A stretch of 64,000 nucleotides of DNA from Candidatus Tenderia sp. (GTDB taxonomy: Bacteria > Pseudomonadota > Gammaproteobacteria > Tenderiales > Tenderiaceae), in the NCBI GenBank assembly GCA_031416075.1, contig JANOSY010000056.1, forward strand, positions 9,872 through 73,871. The letters are read 5' to 3'. A program made the translations under genes and the position numbers. The notes under the pieces were generated by a model that made no database searches, was not told the DNA's origin, and saw nothing but the letters and a program-made list of their open reading frames with translations. This document shows, piece by piece, positions 52,205 to 61,997 of the stretch; the first letter of the stretch is position 1; every line of letters begins with the position of its first letter.

Positions 52205-55200
52205 ATGAAAAACGTCGTTGTATTTTTAAAAAGCAGGATTTTTATCTCCATTGTTGGCCTCGTTCTTCTGTCGTTATTGATCTGGTTTGTTGGCCCGTTG
52301 ATTAAGTTTGGGGCCAATAATTTTGCCCCGCTTGGCGAGGCCATCTATAGACTGTTTGTCATCCTGTCGATTGTGGTGCTGTGGGGCCTGAATGTTTTAC
52401 GAATCCAATTGCGTGATAGTAAAAAAGATAGGGAGTTGTTGGCAGGTCTGCAAGGACATGGATATGAACAAGCCATTGATCAGGGAGCGATTCAGTCAGC
52501 CGACGAGCTTGAACAGATAAACGAAACATTTTCACAAGCACTGGCAACACTTAAAAAGGTGAAGTTTTCAGGGGGTGGTCGTCGCAAGGCGCTCTACGAG
52601 CTGCCCTGGTACATTATTATCGGCCCCCCGGGCGCAGGTAAAACCACCGCGCTGGTCAACTCAACACTGGAATTTCCTCTGGCGGAGCAGTTTGGCAAGG
52701 GGGCGCTTCATGGTGTAGGTGGTACGCGCAATTGCGATTGGTGGTTCACTAATGACGCTGTACTAATTGATACTGCAGGTCGGTATACCACGCAAGACAG
52801 CCACAGGGTTGCTGACAGCGCAGTGTGGAACGGTTTTCTTGAGCTGCTGAGAAAAAAACGCCGCCGCCGCCCAATCAATGGGGTCATTGTTGCCATTAGT
52901 TTGCAGGATGTCATGATGCAAACTGATGTTGAACGCAGTGAACATGCAAAAACCATCAGGGCACGAGTTGATGAGTTGATGGAAAAACTGGGGATTCGTA
53001 TTCCTATTTATCTGGTGTTTACCAAAAGTGACCTGGTGGCAGGATTTGCAGAGTTTTTTGAAGACCTTAATAAAGAAGAGCGAGAGCAGGTGTGGGGGAT
53101 CTCCATGCCTGATATGCCAGACGTCTCCAGAAGCCCAGACTTTAATCTGTTTGCACAAGAGTACAAAAAGCTCCTATCAAGAATCTACGAACGGGTGATG
53201 TCGCGTATTCATCAAGAGCGGGATACACGGCGTAGAGGGGCCATTTTTGGTTTCCCTCAGCAGATGGAAGCTTTGGGGCCAGCATTGCAGAGTTTTGTCC
53301 AACAGGTATTTGTTAAAAACAGGTACCAGCACCAACCCTATATGCGTGGTGCCTACTTCTGTAGTGGCACACAAGATGGAACCTCTATTGACCGTTTGAT
53401 GACACAGGTTTCCAACAGTTTTGGCATCCCCCGTATTGCGGTGCAGCCAACATATGCTCAAGGCAAAAGCTTTTTTCTGGGCGATCTTTTCCGGTTGGTT
53501 ATATTTCCAGAGGCGGAATTAGCAGGGGCAAATAGACGTAACGAAATGTTGGAACGCTGGTCTAGACGGGGGGTGTACATCGGTGGGGCCGTTGTGCTCG
53601 TGGGTGCCACACTTGCGTGGTTGGGCAGTTTTACGCAACACGCGCTTTATGTACAAGAGGTAGATCTCCATCTGCAGGAGTTCAAAGAAGTGCGTAGCAA
53701 GCTCCCTTCCGTAAATGCCACTCCAGTAGCTGTTCTGCCCGCATTAAATGCGCTTGAAAAAGCCAGCACGGTGTATGACCAGGAGAAACATCCATGGTTG
53801 TCTGGGCTTGGTCTGTACGATGCAAGTGTTGATAAAAATGCCAATTTGGCTTACCAGACCCAGCTGCAAAAGCTATATCTTCCCAGTGTTATCAATTATC
53901 TTGAAAACAGCCTCAAAAATGAAATTCAGGACGGTGATCTATATAACTCATTTAGAGTTTATATGATGTTTAATAAGCATCAGCATATGGATAAAGCTGT
54001 GATGAAAAAATGGTTTGCTTCCGCCTGGGCGTCAGATTACAGCGGGCAGAATGCTGTCAATGATGAGCTTAACAGGCATTTGGCTGCACTTATGGAGATA
54101 GAGTGGCAGCCGGTTGAGTTGAATAAACAGCTGGTGAGTCTAATCAGGGGGCTGGTTTTGCGTGTCCCAGTATCTCAGCGGATATACAGCCGTATCCGGA
54201 CTACTCCGGAGTATGCTGATGATATTGATATGCTCAGCCGTTTTGGTGAATCTACCAAACAGACGTTTGTGATTAGCCCCAAAACCAAAAGTGCACTCAC
54301 TACTCCCTATCTGTTTACAGAAGAGGGGTATAAAAAAGTGGATGTCTCACCAGACTCAGGTCTTGTAAAAGCCATTCAGGATGACCATTGGGTGTTGTGG
54401 GATGATGACGCAAGTGGTGAACGAATAGAAAAAGAGAATTTAAAAGAGGTGAGTGAACAGGTCAAAGAGCTCTACCTGTCGGACTATAATAATCACTGGC
54501 GTAATATATACAGTAGTTTGGAGGTTGCTCAATTCAGAGATATTGGTCACGCCAATGATGTGCTCACCAAAATGGCAGATCCGGTCTACTCGCCTATATT
54601 ATTAATACTCAAACAGGGGGCGACCAATACACAACTCTCCAGCCAGCTTCTTGATAATGTGGCAAAAAAAACGGCAGGTGGAAAAGCAGCAAAAGCGATT
54701 GGTATGGCGTCGTCACTCCTTGATAAAACCATTGTTGATAAACAGTTCCAACATATCAATGATGTTGTGAAAACAACAAAGGATCGTCCTGCCGCCATTG
54801 ACGAAAGCATGGCAAAAATTCGTCAATTGCAAGAGTTTATGAATGAATTGGCCTTGTCACCGGAACCTTCAAAACAGTCGTTTGCTTTTGTTAAGGCGCG
54901 TTATCTTTCAGGGCAAGGCGGTGCTATCACTGCACTTTTAATTCATGCAAAAACCAAACCTCAACCGATAAGAGATTGGCTGGAGACGTTGGCAGATCAA
55001 TCGTGGAACGTTGTGTTGCGTTCATCCAGCCAACATATGAATGCCGAATGGAAGGCCCAGGTATACACCCCCTACGCCAAGGCTTTGGCAGGGCGTTATC
55101 CACTGAATGCATCGGCTAAAGATGAAATTGCACTGGCCGATTTTAGTGAGTTTTTCAAACCGGGGGGTACCATTGATCAATATTTTGAAGAGTACTTAAA

Positions 55201-55750
55201 ACCGTTTGTCGACACCCGTGGGCAATGGAGAAACAAAGTTGTTGATCAACGTGCACTGGGACTCTCCAGTAGTTTGTTAGCAAAGCTGAGCACAGCAAAT
55301 GAGATAAAAAATGTCTTTTTTAGAGGGGCGTCTGAAATTCCAAATTCAACGTTCCAATTGCGACCCTTGCAGATGGATAAAAATGATGCGCGATTCACCT
55401 TTGAATTAGGCGCTCAAAGCATCTCTTACAGCCACGGTCCCAAACTATGGAACCCCATGCAGTGGGTAGGCAATGATGAATACAACAGGGTGCAGGTGAG
55501 TTTTGAAAGTTTGAATGGGGCGCTTTACTCAAAAGTATACGAAGGATCGTGGGCATGGTTCAGGTTGCAAGAAGAAAATCGTACTGTAAAGACCGCTCAG
55601 CCTAACATTTATAAAATAGAGTTTAGCGTGCCAGATGCAGCATCAGAGAATAAAAGCAGGCGTATTAGTTACGAGTTAAAAGCAGACAGTGTAAACAATG
55701 CTTTTGGCAGGAGTTTGCTGGCCTCCTTCCGGTGCCCGGAGACCATATAA
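52205..55750 (+). CDS. tssM: T6SS membrane protein TssM/IcmF
   Basis: LPWYIIIGPPGAGKTT, CDWWF, DTAGRY, RYPL and YSHGP. Confidence 0.96.
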   Translation: MKNVVVFLKSRIFISIVGLVLLSLLIWFVGPLIKFGANNFAPLGEAIYRLFVILSIVVLWGLNVLRIQLRDSKKDRELLAGLQGHGYEQAIDQGAIQSADELEQINETFSQALATLKKVKFSGGGRRKALYELPWYIIIGPPGAGKTTALVNSTLEFPLAEQFGKGALHGVGGTRNCDWWFTNDAVLIDTAGRYTTQDSHRVADSAVWNGFLELLRKKRRRRPINGVIVAISLQDVMMQTDVERSEHAKTIRARVDELMEKLGIRIPIYLVFTKSDLVAGFAEFFEDLNKEEREQVWGISMPDMPDVSRSPDFNLFAQEYKKLLSRIYERVMSRIHQERDTRRRGAIFGFPQQMEALGPALQSFVQQVFVKNRYQHQPYMRGAYFCSGTQDGTSIDRLMTQVSNSFGIPRIAVQPTYAQGKSFFLGDLFRLVIFPEAELAGANRRNEMLERWSRRGVYIGGAVVLVGATLAWLGSFTQHALYVQEVDLHLQEFKEVRSKLPSVNATPVAVLPALNALEKASTVYDQEKHPWLSGLGLYDASVDKNANLAYQTQLQKLYLPSVINYLENSLKNEIQDGDLYNSFRVYMMFNKHQHMDKAVMKKWFASAWASDYSGQNAVNDELNRHLAALMEIEWQPVELNKQLVSLIRGLVLRVPVSQRIYSRIRTTPEYADDIDMLSRFGESTKQTFVISPKTKSALTTPYLFTEEGYKKVDVSPDSGLVKAIQDDHWVLWDDDASGERIEKENLKEVSEQVKELYLSDYNNHWRNIYSSLEVAQFRDIGHANDVLTKMADPVYSPILLILKQGATNTQLSSQLLDNVAKKTAGGKAAKAIGMASSLLDKTIVDKQFQHINDVVKTTKDRPAAIDESMAKIRQLQEFMNELALSPEPSKQSFAFVKARYLSGQGGAITALLIHAKTKPQPIRDWLETLADQSWNVVLRSSSQHMNAEWKAQVYTPYAKALAGRYPLNASAKDEIALADFSEFFKPGGTIDQYFEEYLKPFVDTRGQWRNKVVDQRALGLSSSLLAKLSTANEIKNVFFRGASEIPNSTFQLRPLQMDKNDARFTFELGAQSISYSHGPKLWNPMQWVGNDEYNRVQVSFESLNGALYSKVYEGSWAWFRLQEENRTVKTAQPNIYKIEFSVPDAASENKSRRISYELKADSVNNAFGRSLLASFRCPETI

Positions 55751-56494
55751 ATGTCAACATGCTACCGTCCTGGGCTATATGGAAAACTGCCAGCGTATGG
55801 TGATTTTGTTGTCCGTAATTTGACGCCTAGCTTTGTCAATGAGTGGGACGTATGGATGCAACAGTTCATGAATGGAACCCAGGAGAGAATTGGCACAGAT
55901 TGGCTGGATATCTACCTAACCAGTCCATTATGGCGATTTGTACTATCCTCTGGAGTGATTGATGAAAATGTCTGGGCAGGTGTTGTGATGCCCAGTGTTG
56001 ATAAGGTAGGGCGTTATTTCCCTTTCTCCATTGTTTTAAAACTGCCAGCGAATATCAACCCACTCGATTTTTTGTCAATAAAATCAGCATGGTTTTCTGA
56101 GATGGAGACGTTGGCGCTCTCGGCATTGCAGGGAGAGATTGTGCTGGATGAGCTGGCGCAGCGTCTGGAAAACAGTCCGTTAACGCTGGATCTATCATAC
56201 AGACGGGTGATGCATAAAAAAGGCATGCGGGACCTGTATGCTGAAATTGACGTTGAGGAGCCGCTGCCTTTTTCAGTCTATCCCCAGTTCCTGGATTACT
56301 GCTTATCTGAAACCTTTAGCAGCTACAGCGTATGGACAACAGAAGGTTCTGAAAGAGTTGCCCCGTGTCTCTTCACCACTCAGCATCTACCTACAATGGA
56401 AAAAATGTCGGCAATGATAGATGGTCAGTGGCATCGATGGGGCTGCCATCAGCCATACGCCTTGGCGAGAGATTCAAATCTGGATTCTAAATAA
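55751..56494 (+). CDS. tagF: T6SS regulator TagF (ImpM)
   Basis: YGKLPAYGDF, YLTSPLWRF and PSVDKVGRYFP. Confidence 0.93.
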   Translation: MSTCYRPGLYGKLPAYGDFVVRNLTPSFVNEWDVWMQQFMNGTQERIGTDWLDIYLTSPLWRFVLSSGVIDENVWAGVVMPSVDKVGRYFPFSIVLKLPANINPLDFLSIKSAWFSEMETLALSALQGEIVLDELAQRLENSPLTLDLSYRRVMHKKGMRDLYAEIDVEEPLPFSVYPQFLDYCLSETFSSYSVWTTEGSERVAPCLFTTQHLPTMEKMSAMIDGQWHRWGCHQPYALARDSNLDSK

Positions 56495-57276
56495 TGAGTG
56501 ATATAACAATCAGACGTCCAACTGCCTGGAGTGCTGCCGGTGGCAGTGATGTTGGTACAGTCAGGAAAATTAATGAAGATGCAATTGTTTTGCGAAATGA
56601 TGTGAACCTATGGGCAATCGCTGATGGCATGGGTGGACATGAAGCCGGTGATGTGGCCAGTAATATGGTTGTTAAATCACTGGAGCTATTGGATCTAAGT
56701 GCACAGCTTGATGAGGCGATCAATACAGTAAAAGAGTGCATTCTTGATGTGAATCAACGCATCATGGAATATGCTGAAATCATGCTGGAAGGGCGTACAT
56801 TTGGAACCACTATCGTTAGCTTTGTTATTAAAGGCCAACGTGGCGCATGTGTATGGGCGGGAGATTCCCGTTTGTATCGGTACCGTAATAATCAGATTGA
56901 AGCCCTTTCCCATGATCACAGCCGGGTGGCTGAACTTCTTAAAAAAGGGATGCTTGACTCTGAGAGTGCAGCAACGCACCCAGACTCTAATATCATTACA
57001 CGCGCAGTGGGCGTGAGTGAGGGGTTGAATCTGGATGTCAACATTTTTCCAGTTCAGATGGGAGACACATTTTTACTCTGTAGTGACGGACTCTATAACT
57101 CGGTCACGGAAGAGGATATGTTGCAACAGCTTGGCAGTGGCTCATCTCAGGACGCAGTTCAGGGATTGATAACAACGGCGTTGAATAATAAAGCTAACGA
57201 CAATGTGTCTGTCATTGTGGTGAAAAGTGCGTTTCACTCAGCTGCTGATGAAGAGCATGAACAGGTGGTTATATGA
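56494..57276 (+). CDS. pppA: PP2C Ser/Thr phosphatase (PppA-like)
   Basis: RKINED, ADGMGGH, GDSR, CSDGL and DNVS. Confidence 0.92.
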   Translation: MSDITIRRPTAWSAAGGSDVGTVRKINEDAIVLRNDVNLWAIADGMGGHEAGDVASNMVVKSLELLDLSAQLDEAINTVKECILDVNQRIMEYAEIMLEGRTFGTTIVSFVIKGQRGACVWAGDSRLYRYRNNQIEALSHDHSRVAELLKKGMLDSESAATHPDSNIITRAVGVSEGLNLDVNIFPVQMGDTFLLCSDGLYNSVTEEDMLQQLGSGSSQDAVQGLITTALNNKANDNVSVIVVKSAFHSAADEEHEQVVI

Positions 57277-57392
57277 GTGGTACCAGACTCACGATACCCG
57301 TTAGTAAAAGCATTTTTACTGTTCAAAAAAAAGGTTGATATTGCAGATGTATCTCCATCGCCTTTTTAAAACCGTAAAAGAGCAAAGATAAG

Positions 57393-60056
57393 ATGTGTCC
57401 AGAAAACCGGGAGGATAAAACTGAGCCGAATTTTAAAAAAACAGCTCAAACGGGTAAACATGTTAGTTCAAAAATTGATACAGATATTGCCCCCTCTGCA
57501 TCGGATAGAACAGTCATTGCTGGTCATAAAATTGACAGCAATAGCCAAGAAGCCCTTCGGCCAACTCCCACCGAGTTAAAAAAGAACCTCGACGACTTTA
57601 AGGAGAGTGCCGAATTTTCTAATGATGACGCCACTCGGTTTCAGCCTCCTGAAGAATCGCTTGACCTTGATGCTACTCGACTGGTTTCTGATGCGACGTA
57701 TGTGAAACCAACTCCTCCAGCAATCACGCCGCCGTTTGAACTTGATGCGGAACCTGAAAGCTTTATTTTGAAACAACGGTTTTTAATGGAAAAAGTGCTG
57801 GGTGTGGGCGGCATGGGGGTTGTTTACAGAGCTAAAGACAGGCTGAAAGTGGAGGCGAAGGATAAAGATCCCTATGTTGCCATTAAAGTATTGAGTGATG
57901 AGTTTAAAACGCATCCTGAAGCATTTATCTCGCTGCAGCGTGAGTCAAGAAAAACACAGCGTCTTTCCCATACAAATATCGTAAAGGTATTTGACTTTGA
58001 TAAAGATGGTGAGCTTTTTTTTATGACGATGGAGTATATGGAGGGAAAACCTCTTGATCGGTTGATAAGGCAGTATAGCGTCACTGGGTTGCCGCTGGAG
58101 GATGTCTGGACCATCATCGATGGCATGTGTTCAGCGCTCAGTTATGCCCATATTGAGAAAATAGTACATGCTGATTTTAAGCCGGGAAATATTTTTGTCA
58201 CTACAAGTGGCATGGCGAAAATATTTGATTTTGGTATTGCCCGCGCTGTGACCAATATTGATAAAAATGAGAGTGGCACGGCTGACCGCACAATATTTGA
58301 TGCTGGAAATTTAGGCGCATTAACACCCGCATACGCAAGTTATGAGATGTTAAAGGGGGAAGAGCCTGACGTTAGAGATGACATATATGCACTTGGCTGT
58401 ATAACCTATGAACTGCTCTCAGGAAAACATCCGTTTGATAAAATCCCTGCGGATGAAGCCAAAAACAGACGGTTGAAGCCCAAGAGAATACCAAAAATAA
58501 CCAAACGTCAGTGGCGTGCGATAGAGAAAGCATTGGCGTTTGATCGTAAAGATAGAATTGAGACGGTAGATCTCTTTTATCATGAGTTGACCGAAAAATC
58601 CAAATCACGATGGCTGCTGTCGATATTTTTTATCCTTGTCGTGGCAGGTATTACGGCACTGTTTTTTAATATAAAAAAAGAAGCAGCGGTTGATCAATCC
58701 CCAATTATTTCTGAAAATGATATTAGAAATGAGATAGAGCTTCAGGTAAGGGCAGACTTCCATAAAGAGGAACTCGAAAAACTAATTTTGAACCCCACCT
58801 TTTCTATCATTTGGGAGGAGAATATCTGGAATCAATATAGCGGCATGAGTGAGTTATTGCCTCAGGGGGATGATTGGCTGGCCTCTGTTAAAGAGAAAAT
58901 CTATACGTTATATATAAAAAAGATACAAGACGAAATGGGTGCTGCTAATCATGAACGTGCCAGTGGCCTGGTTAAAAACAGTTATCGATTTGCCGGTGAT
59001 ACAGCCGTATTAAAAGAGCTGGAGATAAAAATTGTCGATGCCCTTAGGCGGTTGCCCAAGACAGAGCAGGCTGCAACCCTTGTTAAACCCAGACCCGTTG
59101 CAGAGCCAGTTGTTATAGTCAAGTCAGAAGTTGAGCCGCGCTCAACCATTGATGAATATAATCTGGCACTCTCAAATGCTCACCGGCAGCTGGAGTGCCG
59201 CAGTCGATTGAACATGCGAGATTTTGCTGTCGCCATCGATAAAATAAAATCACTGGATATCAATAAATACCAGTCCATTAAAGAGGAGCTGGTAACGTCT
59301 TTAACCTCATGTATTACCGAGGAAGCCAAACGTTTTCCTGAGCGTGCGCTGGAGTCAAAAAAATCTGCATTGCGTATTTTTGATGATCATGCACTTATAG
59401 CTGCGATTTCCATAGTTTCGCGGGACGCTTGTGATGACTCAATCGCGGGGTTGGGTGGTAGTGGCAAACGCGCAGCCTGCCGGGACACCATTAAAGGCGT
59501 GGGCGATGGCCCCGAGTTGGTTGTTATACCCACAGGAAAAAACATCAAGAGTTTTGCAATTGGCAAATACGAAGTATCAACTGCAGAGTTCCGGTTCTAC
59601 TGTGATCAGACAGGACGATGTGTAACGTCGGCATCGGATAGTGGTCTGCCCATTACCGGGCAACCGTTAAGTGCAGTGCGTGATTACCTTAAATGGCTGA
59701 CCGAAAAAACAGGCAATAAGTATCGCTTGCCAACCAAAGATGAATGGGTCCATGCCGCCAGTGCAACGGCAATCATGCAGGACCCGAATCGTAACTGCCA
59801 GTTTAGTAGCCGGGGCATTCAAAAAGGGGATGGTCTGATAAGAACCACCATCGGTAGAAATAATGCGTGGGGACTGGTTAATTACCTCGGGAATGTTCAG
59901 GAATGGGTGTACGGTAAAAGTGGTCAGATTGTGGCAGTGGGCGGCTCTTATCTCAACTCCATGGATGAGTGTCAGATCACCACGTTGCAAGAGCACTCAG
60001 GGCAGGCAGATGAGGTGACCGGATTCCGTGTTGTACGGGAAGTCACTGCCAATTAA
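57393..60056 (+). CDS. ppkA: Membrane Ser/Thr kinase with C-terminal FGE-sulfatase-like domain (PpkA-like)
   Basis: GVGGMGVVY, VAIK, HADFKPGN, DFG and a TM helix. C-terminal YRLPTKDEW, GNVQEW and GFRVVRE. Confidence 0.9.
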   Translation: MCPENREDKTEPNFKKTAQTGKHVSSKIDTDIAPSASDRTVIAGHKIDSNSQEALRPTPTELKKNLDDFKESAEFSNDDATRFQPPEESLDLDATRLVSDATYVKPTPPAITPPFELDAEPESFILKQRFLMEKVLGVGGMGVVYRAKDRLKVEAKDKDPYVAIKVLSDEFKTHPEAFISLQRESRKTQRLSHTNIVKVFDFDKDGELFFMTMEYMEGKPLDRLIRQYSVTGLPLEDVWTIIDGMCSALSYAHIEKIVHADFKPGNIFVTTSGMAKIFDFGIARAVTNIDKNESGTADRTIFDAGNLGALTPAYASYEMLKGEEPDVRDDIYALGCITYELLSGKHPFDKIPADEAKNRRLKPKRIPKITKRQWRAIEKALAFDRKDRIETVDLFYHELTEKSKSRWLLSIFFILVVAGITALFFNIKKEAAVDQSPIISENDIRNEIELQVRADFHKEELEKLILNPTFSIIWEENIWNQYSGMSELLPQGDDWLASVKEKIYTLYIKKIQDEMGAANHERASGLVKNSYRFAGDTAVLKELEIKIVDALRRLPKTEQAATLVKPRPVAEPVVIVKSEVEPRSTIDEYNLALSNAHRQLECRSRLNMRDFAVAIDKIKSLDINKYQSIKEELVTSLTSCITEEAKRFPERALESKKSALRIFDDHALIAAISIVSRDACDDSIAGLGGSGKRAACRDTIKGVGDGPELVVIPTGKNIKSFAIGKYEVSTAEFRFYCDQTGRCVTSASDSGLPITGQPLSAVRDYLKWLTEKTGNKYRLPTKDEWVHAASATAIMQDPNRNCQFSSRGIQKGDGLIRTTIGRNNAWGLVNYLGNVQEWVYGKSGQIVAVGGSYLNSMDECQITTLQEHSGQADEVTGFRVVREVTAN

Positions 60057-60341
60057 AGCGGTTGTTAGGCAGATTATTTATGAACCCGGTGATCTGTGGG
60101 CGTCGCAAAGATAGAATCAACGTATAATGCGCCGGACAAACAATGGGGTTAAGCGGTTATTTATCGGCTGGCAGCCCAAGCAAGGCTAAACTATCGCTCG
60201 TTGTCCGTGTAAAATAGATGGGTTCATAATGGTTGTGCGGAGAACCCCCGCCCTCAACGGGATGAACGCTAATTTGAGTGAAATCGCATCACAGGCATTG
60301 GTGCCTGTTGATAAATACTTGGTGATTTTAGAGGATGTTTT

Positions 60342-60959
60342 ATGGAAATTGTAAAGTTCTTCCAATCCGGCGGCGCTTTTATGTATCCAATACTGATTGT
60401 ATTTGCGATTGGTTTGGCAATAGCGATAGAGCGTTATCTCTATCTAACTAAAACCCAACGCCAAACAACCAAAATCTGGGATCAGCTGGTGCCAATGTTA
60501 AAGGCAGAAGACTTTCCTCGCGCCGCAAAATTAACAGAGTCCCTGAATACGCCGCTTACTGTGATATTGAACTATGGCTTTAGCCGTCACAGTACAAATA
60601 GCCGTCGCGAAACAATTGAAGCAGCGATGGAAGAGGGCATGATGGATGTTATGCCAGAGCTGGAACAGCGCACCCACTATCTGGCCACCTATGCCAACGT
60701 TGCCACCCTGCTTGGACTGTTGGGTACCATTGTTGGACTCATTCAGGCCTTTACCGCCGTTGCATCGGCAGACCCGGCAGAAAAAGCGGACCTGCTCTCG
60801 GCCAGCATCTCAGTCGCGATGAATACCACCGCATTTGGTCTGATTGCCGCCATACCGTTGCTGCTCATACACTCGTATCTTGTGACAAAAACGGTACGCT
60901 TGGTGGCTAATCTTGAAAATGCTGCTGTTAAAAGCATCAACCTGATGGTTGAAGAGTAA
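60342..60959 (+). CDS. MotA/TolQ/ExbB proton-channel protein (AglR-like)
   Basis: GGAFMYPI, TLLGLLGTIVGLIQAF and ISVAMNTTAFGL. Confidence 0.93.
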   Translation: MEIVKFFQSGGAFMYPILIVFAIGLAIAIERYLYLTKTQRQTTKIWDQLVPMLKAEDFPRAAKLTESLNTPLTVILNYGFSRHSTNSRRETIEAAMEEGMMDVMPELEQRTHYLATYANVATLLGLLGTIVGLIQAFTAVASADPAEKADLLSASISVAMNTTAFGLIAAIPLLLIHSYLVTKTVRLVANLENAAVKSINLMVEE

Positions 60960-60968
60960 GCGCCGAAC

Positions 60969-61478
60969 ATGAAGCGGTTTAGTAAAAATATGGCAAGAGA
61001 GGCTGAAGAGCTCAACATCACCGCGTTCATGAACTTAATGGTGATACTGGTCCCTTTTCTACTGATCACCGCCGTCTTCTCTCGTATATCCATACTCGAA
61101 TTAAACCTGCCCGCGCTCAATGCCAACGATCAGGCCCAGGAGCAGGTCAAGTTACAGCTGGAGCTGGTGCTGCGCGAAAACAGTTTTGATCTGCAGGATA
61201 AAACCATTGGCCTGATCAAACGCTTTGAACGCAGCAACAATGAAACGCGCTGGAATCTGTTTAGCAAACTAATGGTCGAGATAAAAACCCGCTTTCCTGA
61301 TGAAAGGGCAATCACGTTGCTGCTGGAGCCAGGCATTGACTACAAAACATTAATTACCGCCATGGACCATGTGCGTAGTGCCGATGTTGTGCAGGTGACC
61401 AGTGTAGAGACCATAGAGCTGTTTCCCGATATCTCCATCGGTGATGCCTCCGTGATGATTGAAGCGATAGAGAAGTAG
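60969..61478 (+). CDS. ExbD/TolR-family protein 1 (AglQ-like)
   Basis: ELNITAFMNLMVILVPFLL, LNLP, Y..L...MD and LFPDISI. Confidence 0.88.
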   Translation: MKRFSKNMAREAEELNITAFMNLMVILVPFLLITAVFSRISILELNLPALNANDQAQEQVKLQLELVLRENSFDLQDKTIGLIKRFERSNNETRWNLFSKLMVEIKTRFPDERAITLLLEPGIDYKTLITAMDHVRSADVVQVTSVETIELFPDISIGDASVMIEAIEK

Positions 61479-61487
61479 CACCGCACA

Positions 61488-61997
61488 ATGAATAAGCTGA
61501 AAATATCAAATCGTGCACGCCGAATGGAGGGGTTAAAAAAACTCCATAAAGGCGCAGGTCTTAATCTGGTGTCACTAATGGACATCTTCACAATTCTGGT
61601 GTTTTTTCTACTGGTCAGCTCATCCAGCGTACAACAGCCACCCAGCAAAAAAGACCTTACCTTACCCACCACCGTTGCCCAAAAAGCACCTAAAGAGACG
61701 CTGGTTATCACCATCACCAAAGAGAGTATTCTGGTTCAAGGTGTTAAGGTTGCCACTATACGAGCAGTGTTGGCAGAAAAGGGGGCGCTAATAGCAGCGC
61801 TTGAAAAAGAGTTAAATATCCACGCCGCCAACGCGCCAACACTCAGTGAAAATGGTGACATTGGGCGCTCAGTCACCATCATGGGTGATGAAAACTTACC
61901 CTACGAACTGCTAAGAAAAATTTTAGCCACATGCAGACAAGTCAATTACACACATGTTGCCTTCACCGCCATGCAAAAGGGCAAAGGTAAAGTGTAA
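61488..61997 (+). CDS. ExbD/TolR-family protein 2 (AglS-like)
   Basis: LNLVSLMDIFTILVFFLL, LTLP and GDENLPYELLRKILAT. Confidence 0.9.
   Translation: MNKLKISNRARRMEGLKKLHKGAGLNLVSLMDIFTILVFFLLVSSSSVQQPPSKKDLTLPTTVAQKAPKETLVITITKESILVQGVKVATIRAVLAEKGALIAALEKELNIHAANAPTLSENGDIGRSVTIMGDENLPYELLRKILATCRQVNYTHVAFTAMQKGKGKV

Noticed and set aside
60081-60200. c-di-GMP-I riboswitch suggested by GTCGCAAAG
   Set aside because: The GNRA-capped stem and the second-stem consensus were not found.
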